This document shows, in pieces, positions 30,753 to 43,823 of a stretch of 64,000 bases of DNA. The DNA comes from Eledone cirrhosa (taxonomy: Eukaryota), in assembly GCA_964016885.1 (NCBI GenBank), contig OZ024761.1, positions 30,442,001-30,506,000 on the forward strand, written 5' to 3'. Position 1 is the first letter of the stretch. The number at the start of each line of letters is the position of its first letter. The notes under the pieces are model-generated. The model was not told where the DNA came from. It did not search any database and saw nothing but the letters and a program-made list of their open reading frames with translations. The position numbers and the translations under genes were made by a program.

Positions 30753-31075
30753 ATACTACTACAACAGCTAATATTACTATCATCACCACCACCACCACCA
30801 CTACTACTACTACTACTACAGCTAATACTACTACAACAGCTAATATTACTATCACCACCACCACCACCACCACCACCACTACAGCTAATACTACTACAAC
30901 AGCTAATATTACTATCATCACCACCACCACCACCACCACCACCACCACCACAGCTAATACTACTACAACAGCTAATACTACTATCACCACCACCACCACC
31001 ACCACCACCACCACTAATACTACTACAACAGCTAATATTACTATCACCACCACCACTACTATTATTACCACCTCT
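29595..31075. repeat. (CAT/CAC)n and (ACT/ACC)n trinucleotide low-complexity tracts; similar tracts at 16400-16770, 41320-41800, 44175-44630
   Basis: Direct reading. Confidence 0.9.
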
Positions 31076-32411
31076 ACACATCTTTATTACTTACATGTAA
31101 GCTTTGAAAAAAAAAAAAACGATATAAAAGTTATGATAATAGAACTGTTTTGATACCAAGCTGGTCAAAACTGGTTCTGGTTGTATGAAACAAAACCACC
31201 AATTTTAAAGGCTTCCTATTTGAATTAAAACCTTCCAACAGTGCATCCAGGCCGTCTGGACACACTGCATTAGGCTGCAAATGATGCATTGGTCCAGCTT
31301 GCCAGTCTTCCATTGGTCTACCTCTCTAACTATTGTGCAAGAAACAAGAAGAAGAAGAATATAATGTTTTTTGTTATGTTACCAAATACTATCTTAATGA
31401 AATAATCTTAATGAAATAATTGTTTCTATTTTTGGCATGGCACAAGGCCAGCAATTACCCCAGTGCATTACTGGTGCTTTATTTTATCGAGCCCGTAAGG
31501 ATGAAAGGCAAAGTTAACCCCAGCAGGATTTGATCTCAGACCGCAAAGGGCCGTAACTCCACGCCTTTCAACATGGGGTTACGGCCCTTTACCGATACTG
31601 CCACTCCACTACCCTATGAAAGAATGGTTTCTGATTTCTGTCCCCACAACCCTCTCAGGAATAAATAAGCGAAGAAGTATATATATCATCATCATATATA
31701 TATATATGTATATATATTTGTGTGTATAATATATATATACATGCATATGTATCATCATCATCATTTTTTCGTCCGCTTTTCCCTGCTCGCAAGGGTGGGT
31801 CAGGAACTGATTCTGGCTTGATTTCTACAGCTGGATGCCCTTCCTAACGCCAACCTCATTTACAGTGAGTGCTGGGTGCTTTTTTTTCCGTGGCGCCTAC
31901 ACGTCCACTTTACAGTGTGGGCTGGCTGCTTTTTTGCCGTGGCACCTCCACGACCACTCTACAGTGGAATGATAGGGACCCCAGTCCCTATCATCTCATT
32001 TCTACAGCTGAGTAAACTGGAGCAATGTGAAATAAAGTGTCTTGCTCAAGGAAACAACACATCACCCGGTCTGAGAATTGAACTCACAACCTTTCGATTG
32101 CAAGGCCAATGCTCTAACCACTATGTGCCTCCATATATATATATCATCATCATCATTTTACGTCCGTTCTTCCACGCTAGCATGGGTTATATATGTGTGT
32201 ATATAGATATACATAGATATATGTGTTATTGCATTTGTATTGGGGTAGATTTGTTTATGAACAGTTTTGGCCATTGGCAGTCTTGATAATAGTGTTTGTG
32301 TATGTGATACTGTGAGATAGATTGTGTTTCTGGGAACTTGTTCTGTTTGTTGTCAGCTGAAAATAAATAAGAGAAATTTGAATTAACCCAGATTAAATAT
32401 ATTCAGGAGAG

Positions 32412-32489
<78 letters not shown>

Positions 32490-32788
32490 AGATTATATAC
32501 ACAATAACCATAATAATAATATAATAAATAAGCTTTTTTCAGTAATATTTGTCTGTTTTCCAATAAGTTTTTTATGTTGTTTTTCAGTAGCTTTTGTGTT
32601 TTTATTATTTGTTGTCTCTCCACTGCGATTTAATAGCCAACAATTCAATCATATTAGTCAATAATGCCATTGTCCAATCATTACTGCCTAATCTACCATT
32701 GGCCAATCGTTACTGTCCAATCTACCATCCAATCATATTGCATGGTTTTTGATTTCCTGTTTGCTTGTATTTGATTAGTTTTGTTTTT

Positions 32789-33478
32789 GAAATTACCTAC
32801 CTGCTGATCTTAGTACATTCTAACCCACTGAAATTACCTACCTACTGGTTTTAGTACATTCTAACTCCCTGAAATTACCTACCTACTGGTCTTAGTTGAT
32901 TCTAACTCACTGAAATTACCTACCTTCTGGTCTTAGTTGATTCTAACTCACTGAAATTACCTACCTACTGGTCTTAGTACATTCTAACTCCCTGAAATTA
33001 CCTACCTACTGGTCTTAGTACATTCTAACTCCCTGAAATTATTTACCTACTGGTCTTAGTTGATTCTAACTCACTGAAATTACTTACCAACTGGTCTTAG
33101 TTGATCCTAACTCACTGAAAATACCAACCTACTGGTTTTAGTACATCCTAACTCACTGAAATTACCTACCTACAGGTCTTAGTTGATCCTAAATCACTGA
33201 AATTATCTACCTTCTGGTCTTAGTTGATCCTAACTCACTGAAAATACATAGTTTCTGGTCTTAGTTGATCCTAACTCACTGAAAATACCAACCTACTGGT
33301 TTTAGTACATCCTAACTCACTGAAATTACCTACCTACAGGTCTTAGTTGATCCTAACTCACTTAAATTGCCTACCTACTGGTTTTAGTACATCCTAACTC
33401 ACTGAAATTACCTACCTACTGGTCTTAGTTGATTCTAACTCATTGAAAATTATCTACCAATTGGTTTTAGTTGATCTA
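32789..33478. repeat. 41 bp minisatellite, about 17 copies
   Basis: Unit GAAATTACCTACCTACTGGTCTTAGTTGATTCTAACTCACT; starts at 32830 and 32871. Confidence 0.95.
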
Positions 33479-34141
33479 CGCACTTCTCTTTCTCAACCTT
33501 TTCATTCCTTGCTCCATCTTCACTTCTCCCTCTTAACCCTTTCATTTCTTACTCTCTCTCCACCCTCTCCTTCACAACCCTTTTATTCCTCATTCTATCT
33601 ACTCACCTCTCCGTCTCATCCCTTTAATTCCTTACTCTATCTACTCACCTCTCTCTCCACCCTTTCCCTCTCAACCCTTTAATTCCTTACTCTATCTACT
33701 CACCTCTCTCTCTCCACCCTTTCCCTCTCAATCCTTTCATTCCTTACTTTCTCCTCACCTCTCTCTCTCTCTCTCTCAACCCTCTTCCTTTTTACTTTAT
33801 CTACTCCTCACCTTTCCCTTCTTAATCTATTCATCTCTCCCTCCCCCATCTGCTTCCGTTTCTTCCTTCCCTTATTTCACCTCTCCTTCCTCCCACTTTC
33901 TCTGTCCCACATGGTTCCCCTCTCACCACACCTCCTTTCCAAATAAGGTCAACAACCCATCTTTGTAACAGATTTTTGTCATTGATTTTCTGTACTAAAT
34001 TTAGACGGTGTTTTCTGTAATATCAAACAAACCCACACATATATATGTATCAACACACACATATACGCCTCCATACACAGGTGTGTATATGCATATACAT
34101 ATGTGTGCGTGTAGGTGTGTGTATATGTGTGTATTTGTATC

Positions 34142-34186
<45 letters not shown>

Positions 34187-34428
34187 GTATGCATGTGTAT
34201 ATATATATATTTATGCCTGTATATATATATATATATATATATATATTCATACATGTGTGTATATATATATATATGTGTGTGTATATATGTATGCATGTGT
34301 GTATATATATATATATTTATACATGTGTGTATATATATATATGTGTGTATATATGTATGCATGTGTGTATATATATATATATATATTTATACATGTGTGT
34401 GTGTATATATATATATATATATTTATAC

Positions 34429-34467
<39 letters not shown>

Positions 34468-34468
34468 C

Positions 34469-34519
<51 letters not shown>

Positions 34520-34520
34520 C

Positions 34521-34569
<49 letters not shown>

Positions 34570-35140
34570 TATATATATATATTATACATGTATAAATATA
34601 TATATATATATACACACATGTATAAATATATATAAATATATATATACACACATGTATAAATATATATATATATATATATATACACACATGTATAAATATA
34701 TATATATATTTATACATGTGTGTATATATATGCGCACGCATGTGTATCTATATGTGTGTATATATGCATGTGTGTATATGTACAGGATGACATACAAATT
34801 CATGGACCATTCCATAATTTCAATGCAGTGTGTATGCAAGTCTTTAGAATAGTTAGACCAAACCTCTGCATATCAGAAGTGTCCAAAGGGTTTGGTGTCA
34901 GAGAGTGCATCTGATTGTAAAAACTTTGTCTCTAGACATCCCATCTACCTCATGACATCTGAGCAGAGTGGAGTGGACATAGAAATGATATGTATGTACA
35001 TATATACACATATACATGGATATATATATATATGTATGTATGTGTATATGTGTATGTGTGTGTATATATATATATGTGTATGTGTGTGCGTGTATGTGTG
35101 TGCGTGTATGTGTGTGCGTGTATATATGTGTATGTATGTA

Positions 35141-35181
<41 letters not shown>

Positions 35182-35226
35182 ATTTATGTTTGTATATATA
35201 TGTGTGTGTGTGTGTATGTATATGTG

Positions 35227-35295
<69 letters not shown>

Positions 35296-35377
35296 GCATA
35301 TAAATATATATATATATATATAAATATATATAAATATATATAAATATAAATATATATAAATATAAATATATATATAA

Positions 35378-35423
<46 letters not shown>

Positions 35424-35496
35424 GCACATATATACATACACACATGTATATATATATATATATATATACATACACAATGTATATATATATATACAT

Positions 35497-35569
<73 letters not shown>

Positions 35570-35606
35570 AATATATATATACACATGCACATATATACAT
35601 ACACAC

Positions 35607-35642
<36 letters not shown>

Positions 35643-35987
35643 TTGATAATGAGTTGCTAATAATGTGAAGCTGTTAATGAGTGAGATAATAAAATCATTG
35701 GTTGTGAAACATAAACCACAGCAGGAAACCATAAGAATTTGGCCAAGGAATCAATAACAGGTTATTATCTGTCTGGTGGGAGTGGGAGGGGGGAGGGGAA
35801 AACTTAGTAAATTATTCCTGATACTGACTCAGGGGTTTCCACAATTGTGTGTGTGTGTGTGTTTGTGTGTTTGTGTGTGTATGTATGTATATATATATAT
35901 ATATATGTGTGTTTGTGTATATATGTATATATATATATATAATGTATATTATATAATGTCACACTGTCTCTTTTTCTGACAACCTGT

Positions 35988-36108
<121 letters not shown>

Positions 36109-36517
36109 CAATATATTAATAAATGGAAACTATATTTATAAAACCATATTTATTTCATTATACATATTTCAAGGACACCAAAGCAAATTATGGTGCGCTT
36201 TCATCAGATAAAATATAATATAGATCAGTTTTATAAACAAATAAAAATATTTGCTTGTTGTATCCCAACAAATTAAATATAACTTCTACATATATATATA
36301 TATATATAACAAAGAAAGTATGGTAAGAAACCAGGTGGACCATAACGCACCAGAATACTCGATACTTAGGGTAGTAGAGTGGGTAATAGGAAAAAATTCA
36401 GGACCCCGATGGCTGAGCTCTGGTCATATCGACAGCTAGATCCAAACAGTTCAGATCTAGCTGTCGAAATGGCCAGAGCTCAACCGTTGGGGTCCTGACT
36501 CTTTATATATATATATG

Positions 36518-36862
36518 AAGGCGCATGGCTTAGTGGTTAGAGCATTGGGCTTGCAACCGAAAGGTTGTGAGTTCAATTCTCAGACCGGGTGATGTGTTGT
36601 TTCCTTGAGCAAGACACTTTATTTCACATTGCTCCAGTTTACTCAGCTGTAGAAATGAGATGGTAGGGACTGGGGTCCCTATCATTCCACTGCAAAGTGG
36701 TCATGGAGGTGCCACGGCAAAAAAGCACCCAGCACTCACTGTAAATGAGGTTGGTGTTAGGAAGGGCATCCAGCTGTAGAAATCAAGCCAGAATCAGTTC
36801 CCATCCCACCCTTGCAAGCAGGGAAAAGCGGACGTAAAATGATGATGATGATGATGATGATG
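36518..36862 (+). mobile_element. CORE-SINE family B with RTE-derived tail; copies 21180-21522-, 31752-32130-, 38335-38660-
   Basis: A-box TGGCTTAGTGG, B-box GAGTTCAATTC, CORE-like CCTTGAGCAAGACACTT...CAGCTGTAGAAATG, GGAAGGGCATCC block, tail matching the RTE at 12357-12400. Confidence 0.88.
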
Positions 36863-38096
36863 AATATGAAAAATTTGGGACCCTGACACCTGAGTTCCTG
36901 CTTCTCAAATATATATTTGTGTGTGTGTGTGTGTGTAGATCCTGAATGAAACTGAGAGGAACTACAGTAAATAAGGTACTCAATGCATTAGTAGAGAGTG
37001 AACATCATTAGGTGGATTGGCAGTATCAGTAGAGAGTCGGACGCCATGCTTTCCAGCATAGTTACGTCCCTTTACGGTCTGTGTTCAAATCCCGCCGAGG
37101 TTAACTTTGCCTTTCATCCTTACGGGGTCGATAAAATAAAGTACCAGTAATGTACTGGGTAATTGCTGGCCTTGTGTCAAAAGTAGAAACAATTATTTAA
37201 TGTAGAAATGGCTTGTACAGGACTAGAACTGTTTCATTCGTGTGAAATCATCAGGAATGCCGGTTGACATAGTAAGTTGTTGATATTTATAGGTTTATAT
37301 ATATATGTAGGCTGTGAATTGGCAGATTCATCATAACATTGGATAGAATGTTCTGGCCCTCTGCTCTCTGAGTTCAAATCCTGCTGAGGTCAACTTTGCC
37401 TTTCATCCTTTCGAGGTCGATAAAAATAAGTACCAGTCTAGTACTGGGGTCAATTCTTCCTCTATATCTCTTTCTCACTTCTCCCCTCTCTCTCATTTTC
37501 TGTCTTTCTCTGGAAGAAATCTGCTGTACTCGGGCCTGGAGGGGGGTGGGCTCTGCCAGGTTTTCAATGCCCAAGAAGTGCTGTATGTCAATACAACTAC
37601 TCCAGGAGTTGTGAGACCATACATACATACATACATACATACATACATACATACATACATACATACATACATACATACATGGTGGCTGCCAACTCGTTTT
37701 CGAGTACAGCCACTACTTTATATCCATGTAGGAGAACCCCTATCGATGCGCTGAACGAATGTGACTTTTTAGTCCAGCCAGCGACTTGAAAACTCTGGTA
37801 CAAACACTACATCTGTGACCATTATTGACACATAGTGCAGGGCCCATGGTACCATGTGATGACAAGTGCAGAGAGATCTCCAGATATAAAGCAATGCCTG
37901 TGCTGTGAAGCTTTTATAGTGAGCAAAGGCACTGCACAAAGCCAGTCCCACTCTCTTAACCAAGATGATATTTACCAAAAAGAACAAGTCAACATCATTG
38001 GATACCGTCAGGGTTGCAGGTGTTATATCAGAGTTTTCCTTCTCCTAGAATTCTGCCTTGACAAAGGCTAAGGGGTCATCTCTCCCGGTCATCTCT

Positions 38097-38336
38097 ACAT
38101 ACATACATACATACATACATACATACATACATACATACATACATACATACATACATACATACATACATACATACATACATACATACATACATACATACAT
38201 ACATACATACATACATACATACATACATACATACATACATACATACATACATACATACATACATACATACATACATACATACATACATACATACATACAT
38301 ACATACATACATACATACATACATACATACATACAT
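38097..38336. repeat. Perfect (TACA)n; other pure tracts: (CA)n 22987-23101, (CT)n 35990-36105, (TACA)n 37618-37680
   Basis: Direct reading. Confidence 0.97.
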
Positions 38337-38683
38337 CATCATTTTACGTCCGCTTTTCCCTGCTTGCAAGGGTGGGACGGGAACTGATTCTGGCTTGATT
38401 TCTACAGCTGGATGCCCTTCCTAACACCAACCTCATTTACAGTGAGTGGTGGGTGCTATTTTGCCGTGGCACCTCCACGACCACTTTGCAGTGGAATGAT
38501 AGTGACCCCAGTCCCTATCATCTCATTTCTACAGCTGACTAAACTGGAGCAATGTGAAATAAAGTGTCTTGCTCAAGGAAACAATACATTACCCAGTCTG
38601 AGAATTGAACTCACAACCTTTCGATTGCAAGGTCAATGCTCTAACCACTAAGCCATGTGCATACATACATACATATATATATG

Positions 38684-38714
<31 letters not shown>

Positions 38715-38804
38715 TTTATATATATTTTATATATATATTATATATATATTATATATATATTATATATATATTATATATATATTATATATATATTATATAT
38801 ATAT

Positions 38805-38849
<45 letters not shown>

Positions 38850-38865
38850 ATTATATATATAGAAG

Positions 38866-39136
38866 GTGCTTAGGTCGTATTTGACTAAATAGAATTAGTC
38901 TGTTAGTAGGGATTTAAAAAAAACCGCTCTGAATGGAAAAAAGGATGAGTATTGACGCACATGGGACATGAACTCACATCTTTGGTTTGTGTAACGGTAA
39001 CACATTGGTCCAGCAAACCAACGAGTACATTTGTATACCATGTGCGACAATACTCGTCCTTTATTCTGTTCAAAGAGTTTTTTTTTAAATCCCAACTAAC
39101 ACACTAATTCTATTCAGTCAAATACGGCCTAAGCAC
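38866..39136. mobile_element. Long-TIR MITE (PIF/Harbinger-like ends)
   Basis: About 100 bp inverted arms; TTA-GGTCGTATTTGACT...AGTCAAATACGGCC-TAA. Confidence 0.75.
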
Positions 39137-39244
39137 ATGTTACTACCTAATTTTCAAATTCGCTAGCCGTTTCTAAACAAAGCCTGCTTTGTGTCTTCCT
39201 ATATATATATACAGACACACACACACATATATATATATATATAT

Positions 39245-39562
39245 GTTTTTCACCGCTCCTATTAATGACGTATTATATTCGTTTTTTCCCGTTCTTTGCC
39301 AGGGAATGTTTCCACGAACCAAAGTATCGTCTTCCTGTCTTCCGCCGGTTGCAACGTTTTTTTAAATATCCACTTCTGCGTTTACAGATTGACTTTGTTA
39401 GTTTCAGAAGATCCCGTTAAGGGTGAAAGCAGCGATTCTTTGCTTAAACTTTAATCTGTTATTTTAATAAATTTTTGTTCTACGGTTCTTATATATTTGA
39501 TATATATTTATCCTTATCGAGCCCTCTTTGGATTTTAGTCTTCAAATTTATTATTATTACTA
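39245..39562 (+). mobile_element. Penelope-like pseudo-LTR with variant hammerhead fold at 39400-39450; relatives at 2680-2785, 6806-7220, 11490-11530
   Basis: AGTTT-CAGAAGA-T-CCC GTTAA GGG-T-GAAA-GCA...TGC-TT-AAACT; shared tail CTCTTCGGATTTTAGTCTTCA. Confidence 0.6.
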
Positions 39563-39594
39563 TATATATATATCGCTTTGGAAAATTACCTGTC

Positions 39595-39694
39595 CTATGA
39601 GTTTGTCTCTTGATGAGTTCAAAACTCTAGATTTTATCCTTAATAGGATATCTCAAAACGCGAACGAAACCCCAGGGTAGGGACATATTCATGG
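39595..39694 (+). ncRNA. Type I hammerhead ribozyme motif, C3U variant
   Basis: Stem I TGTCTC/GGGACA extendable to about 15 bp; core TTGATGA; stem II GTTC...GAAC; GAAA; stem III CCC-CA-GGG; GUA cleavage site at 39679. Confidence 0.75.
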
Positions 39695-39971
39695 TAAGAG
39701 TGTACACATTTCTTCTAACTTTAATTTTATACCTAATTGTGTATGGTTGACGGTACATTTAGTCGATTTCTACATGCTGTTGAAATGTTGGGTAAATATT
39801 CTATTGCGGTCGGCCGCAAAGAGGCTGCTGTCGTTTATGTATCAAATATTTCTTCATAGGAGCCTTTATTCTTATAGCCTGGTCCAATTGAATTTTTATG
39901 TGGTTAATTATGCTAATTGTGAGAAGAAATGGTGTATATATTTTATCAAATGATTCTATGGACATACTTTA

Positions 39972-40044
<73 letters not shown>

Positions 40045-40407
40045 GTTTAACGTCCATCTTCCACGCTTGCATGAGTTTGGACAGGAGTTTTCCCACTTGA
40101 GGCAAGAGTGGTTGTCTTGCTCGCATAGGACTGTCTGGCGGGTTTTCTACGGCTGGATGCCCTTGGAGGTTTTTACCGTGTTACCTACACGGCCACATTA
40201 CAGCGTGGACTGTGTTTTTTTGTCGTGACACCTACACGACCTCATTTGTTTCGGACTGGATGTTGTGGTACCAACATAACTTTACATTGAAAGGGGTGGT
40301 GTGGATGGGGTGGGGGTAGTGGGACGGGGGTGTATTTTGTTAGAGGTGCCTACTGAGTGTAGGTTTCGCTTTGTACATATATATATATATATATGAGAGA
40401 GAGAGAT

Positions 40408-40628
40408 ATGAGCTGGGTGCTCAAAAGTTCCTGGCTCGATCGCTGCTTCAGGGTCCTGGCCGGAGGCCCAATCTTTCAAGTCCTTTTTACAGGGCTTAGA
40501 AAAACTGAAGGGCCACTGCAATAAGTGTGTGAATCTTAGAAGGAAATAAGTTGAATAAAATCATAATTAATTGATCCGCCTGTATTTTCTTTTACCCAAA
40601 TCCAGGAACTTTTCAGCACCCCCTTCAT
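40408..40628 (+). mobile_element. Internally deleted mariner element
   Basis: TIRs GGGTGCT.AAAAGTTCCTGG / CCAGGAACTTTTCAGCACCC; internal remnant FLQGLEKLKGHCNKCVNL...VE*. Confidence 0.8.
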
Positions 40629-40659
40629 ATAGTGTGTGTGTGTGTGCGTGATAACATCA

Positions 40660-40696
<37 letters not shown>

Positions 40697-42011
40697 CAGT
40701 CATCATCATCATCGTTTAAGGTCCATCTTCCATGCTAGCATGGGTACACATGCATACACATACACACACATTTACATACACACACATTTACACACACACA
40801 TACACATATTTATATACACACATATTTATATACACACACATATTTACATACACACACCCATATTTACATACACACACACACATATTTACATACACACACA
40901 CACCCATTTACATACACACACACACACACACATATTTACATACACGCATATTTACATACACACACATATTTACATACACACACTTACATACACACACATA
41001 CCCATATTTATATACACACATATTTATATACACACACACACATACATCAATCCATACAAACAGACACACACACTTCATCAACTGGCATTTGGGTCACTTG
41101 ACATATATGCTTGAGAAATTGATCTTACAAAAGAGAAAAACAAGAAAATAACTCCCCCCCCCCCCCCGAACCCACCATCACACCCTATATCCCACACCAC
41201 ACCCCCACACCCTATATCCCACACCACACCCTGGCAACATTCTGTCTGGCTGTCTGTCTTTTGACCTTTTCCAACTGAATGTTGGCCTAACTGTATTAAC
41301 CCTTTCTTTCCAAACTTATCTGGATGGTGGTGGTGGTTGTGGTGGTGGTGGTGGTGGTGATGGTGGTGGTGGTAGTGGTGGTTGTAGTGGTGGTGGTGGT
41401 AGTGGTGTTTGTAGTGATGATGATGGTGGTAGTGGTGGTGGTGGTGGTGGTGAGGATGGTGGTGGTGGTGGTTGTAGTGATGGTGATGAGGATGGTGGTG
41501 GTGGTGGTGGTGAGGATGATGAGGAGGGGGGGGGGTGTAGTGATGGTGATGATGAGGATGGTGGTGGTGGTGGTGGTGGTGATGGTTGTATTGGTAGTTG
41601 TAGTGGTGGTGAGGATGATAATGGGGAGGAGGGTGGTGATAGTGGTGGGGTTGTGATGATGAGGATGGTGATGGTGGTGGTGGTGGTGATGATGTGGAAG
41701 AGGAAGAGGTGGATAGTTGTGGTGGTGATGGTTGTAACAGTGATGAGGAGGAGGAGGAGAAGGAAGAGATGGGTGGTGGTGGTGGTGGTGGTGGTGATGT
41801 TTTCTTTGATATATCTATTTGATTGTTCGGAAAAGGTTTGTTTGTGTATATTGTGTGTATATATATGTGTGTGTATATATGTATCTGTGTGTTTGTGTGT
41901 ATATATGTGTGTGTGTATGTGTGTGTGTATGTATGCATGTGTGTGTGTCTGTATATATATGTATCTGTTTGTGTGTATATGTGTGTATATATGTGTGTGT
42001 GTATGTATGCA

Positions 42012-42054
<43 letters not shown>

Positions 42055-42074
42055 ATGTGTGTGTATATGTCTAT

Positions 42075-42722
42075 CATCATCGTTTAATGTCCATCTTCTA
42101 CGCTAGCATGGGTTTAGACGGGAATTGTCCCACTTGAGGCAAGATTGGTTGTCTTGCTCAGGACTGTCTGGCAGGTTTGCTATAGCTGGATGCTCTTCCT
42201 AACATCAACCACGTTTACAGTGTGGACTGGGAGGTTTTTACCGTGTTACCTACACAGCCACATTACAGCATGGACTGTGTGTTTTTTTGTCGTAACACCT
42301 ACACGACCTCATTTATTTAGGACTGGATGTTGTGGTACCAACATAACTTTACATTGAAAGGGGTGGTGTGGATTGGGTAGGGGTAGTGGGACAGGGATGT
42401 ATTTTTATTAAGAGGTGCCTACTGACTGTAGGTTTCGCTTTGTACTTAGGCAAGGCGGGTCTTCTGTATTACTATGTAGCACCAAAGATCTCGGTCCAGT
42501 GACATTGTCTTGGAGAGGTGTAAATGTGTGAGGTCGGAATTATCAAGTCGTCCCAGGTTTTTCTGGGTCTGCCTACTCCGTGGCTACCGTCTATTTTGAT
42601 CGCCCTGCACTTTTTTATACAGCTATTGTCTTTCATGTGCATCACGTGACCATACCAACGTAGTCTTCTCTCGAGTAAACAGCATCTGATCCCTCTTATT
42701 CCTAATTTCTCACTTTGTTCAT
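42075..42722 (-). mobile_element. RTE-clade LINE 3' end with long 3' UTR; truncated copies at 21900-22385 (+) and 40020-40375 (-)
   Basis: KLGIRGIRCCLLERRLRWYGHVMHM...GRPRKTW running into a roughly 380 bp UTR with a GGAAG(A/G)GCATCC block and (GAT)n tail. Confidence 0.85.
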
Positions 42723-42754
42723 TATATGTGTGTGTATGTGTGTGTATATATGTG

Positions 42755-42792
<38 letters not shown>

Positions 42793-43069
42793 TGTGTGTG
42801 TGTGGACAAAACATTATGTACATCTGAGTATTGGTATTTAAAAATATCATTTCATGTCAGCTTTTCATGCTGGCATGGGTTCGACAATTTGTAACAGTCT
42901 CAGGCCAGATGGCTCAGAGGAACCCAGCTTGCATGTTAGGTTCCATATTTGGCAGGGTTTCTACAGCTGGATGCCCTTCCTAATGCCAACCACCTCACAG
43001 AGTGTATGTACATGGAGAGTTTTATTGTCATAGGCACAACCACTTTTCAGGGTGAACTGTGTGAGCTAA

Positions 43070-43823
43070 TATTGTCATCAGCACTACCACGTTACAGAGT
43101 GTACTGGATGCAGTTTATCATGTCACCAGCGCTACCACATTACAGGGTGAACTGAGTGAGTTCTATTGTGTCACCATCACCACCACATATTGCAGGGTGT
43201 GCTGGGTTTGTTTTATTGTGTCACCAGCACCACCACATTACAGGGTGAACTGGGTGAGTTCTATTGTGTCACCAGCACTACCACATTATAGGGTGAACTG
43301 GGTGAGTTTATTGTGTCACCAGCACTACCACATTACAGGGTGAACTGGGTGAGTTCAATTGTCACCAGCACTACCACATTACAGGGTGAACTGGGTGAGT
43401 TTATTGTGTCACCAGCACTACCACATTATAGGGTGAACTGGGCGAGTTTATTGTGTCACCAGCACTACCACATTACAGGGTGAACTGGGTGAGTTCTATT
43501 GTCACCAGCACTACTACATTACAGGGTGAACTAGGTGAGTTCTATTGTGTCACCAGCACTACCACATTATAGGGTGAACTGGGCGAGTTTATTGTGTCAC
43601 CAGCACTACCACATTACAGGGTGAACTGGGTGAGTTCTATTGTGTCACCAGCACTACTACATTACAGGGTGAACTAGGTGAGTTCTATTGTGTCACCAGC
43701 ACTACCACATTATAGGGTGAACTGGGTGAGTTCTATTGTGTCACCAGCACTACCACATTACAGAGTGAACTGGGTGAGTTTTATTGTGTCACCAGCACTA
43801 CCACATTACAGGGTGAACTGGGT
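43070..43823. repeat. 46-48 bp minisatellite attached to a SINE/RTE-tail fragment (42850-43005)
   Basis: Unit ATTGTGTCACCAGCACTACCACATTACAGGGTGAACTGGGTGAGTTCT. Confidence 0.93.

Noticed and set aside
30257-31153. Mucin-like poly-Thr ORF
   Set aside because: (ACT/ACC)n tract open on both strands; no supporting exons
36518-36590. tRNA genes
   Set aside because: A/B boxes belong to SINE heads; no complete cloverleaf
37680-38075. Possible exon or old LINE fragment between TACA tracts
   Set aside because: Stops in all plausible frames; only faint RTE-like resemblance
39680-39700. ATG|GTAAGA as the ANKRD13 first-exon donor
   Set aside because: Lies in the 3' arm of the hammerhead-bearing repeat and encodes none of the expected N-terminal residues
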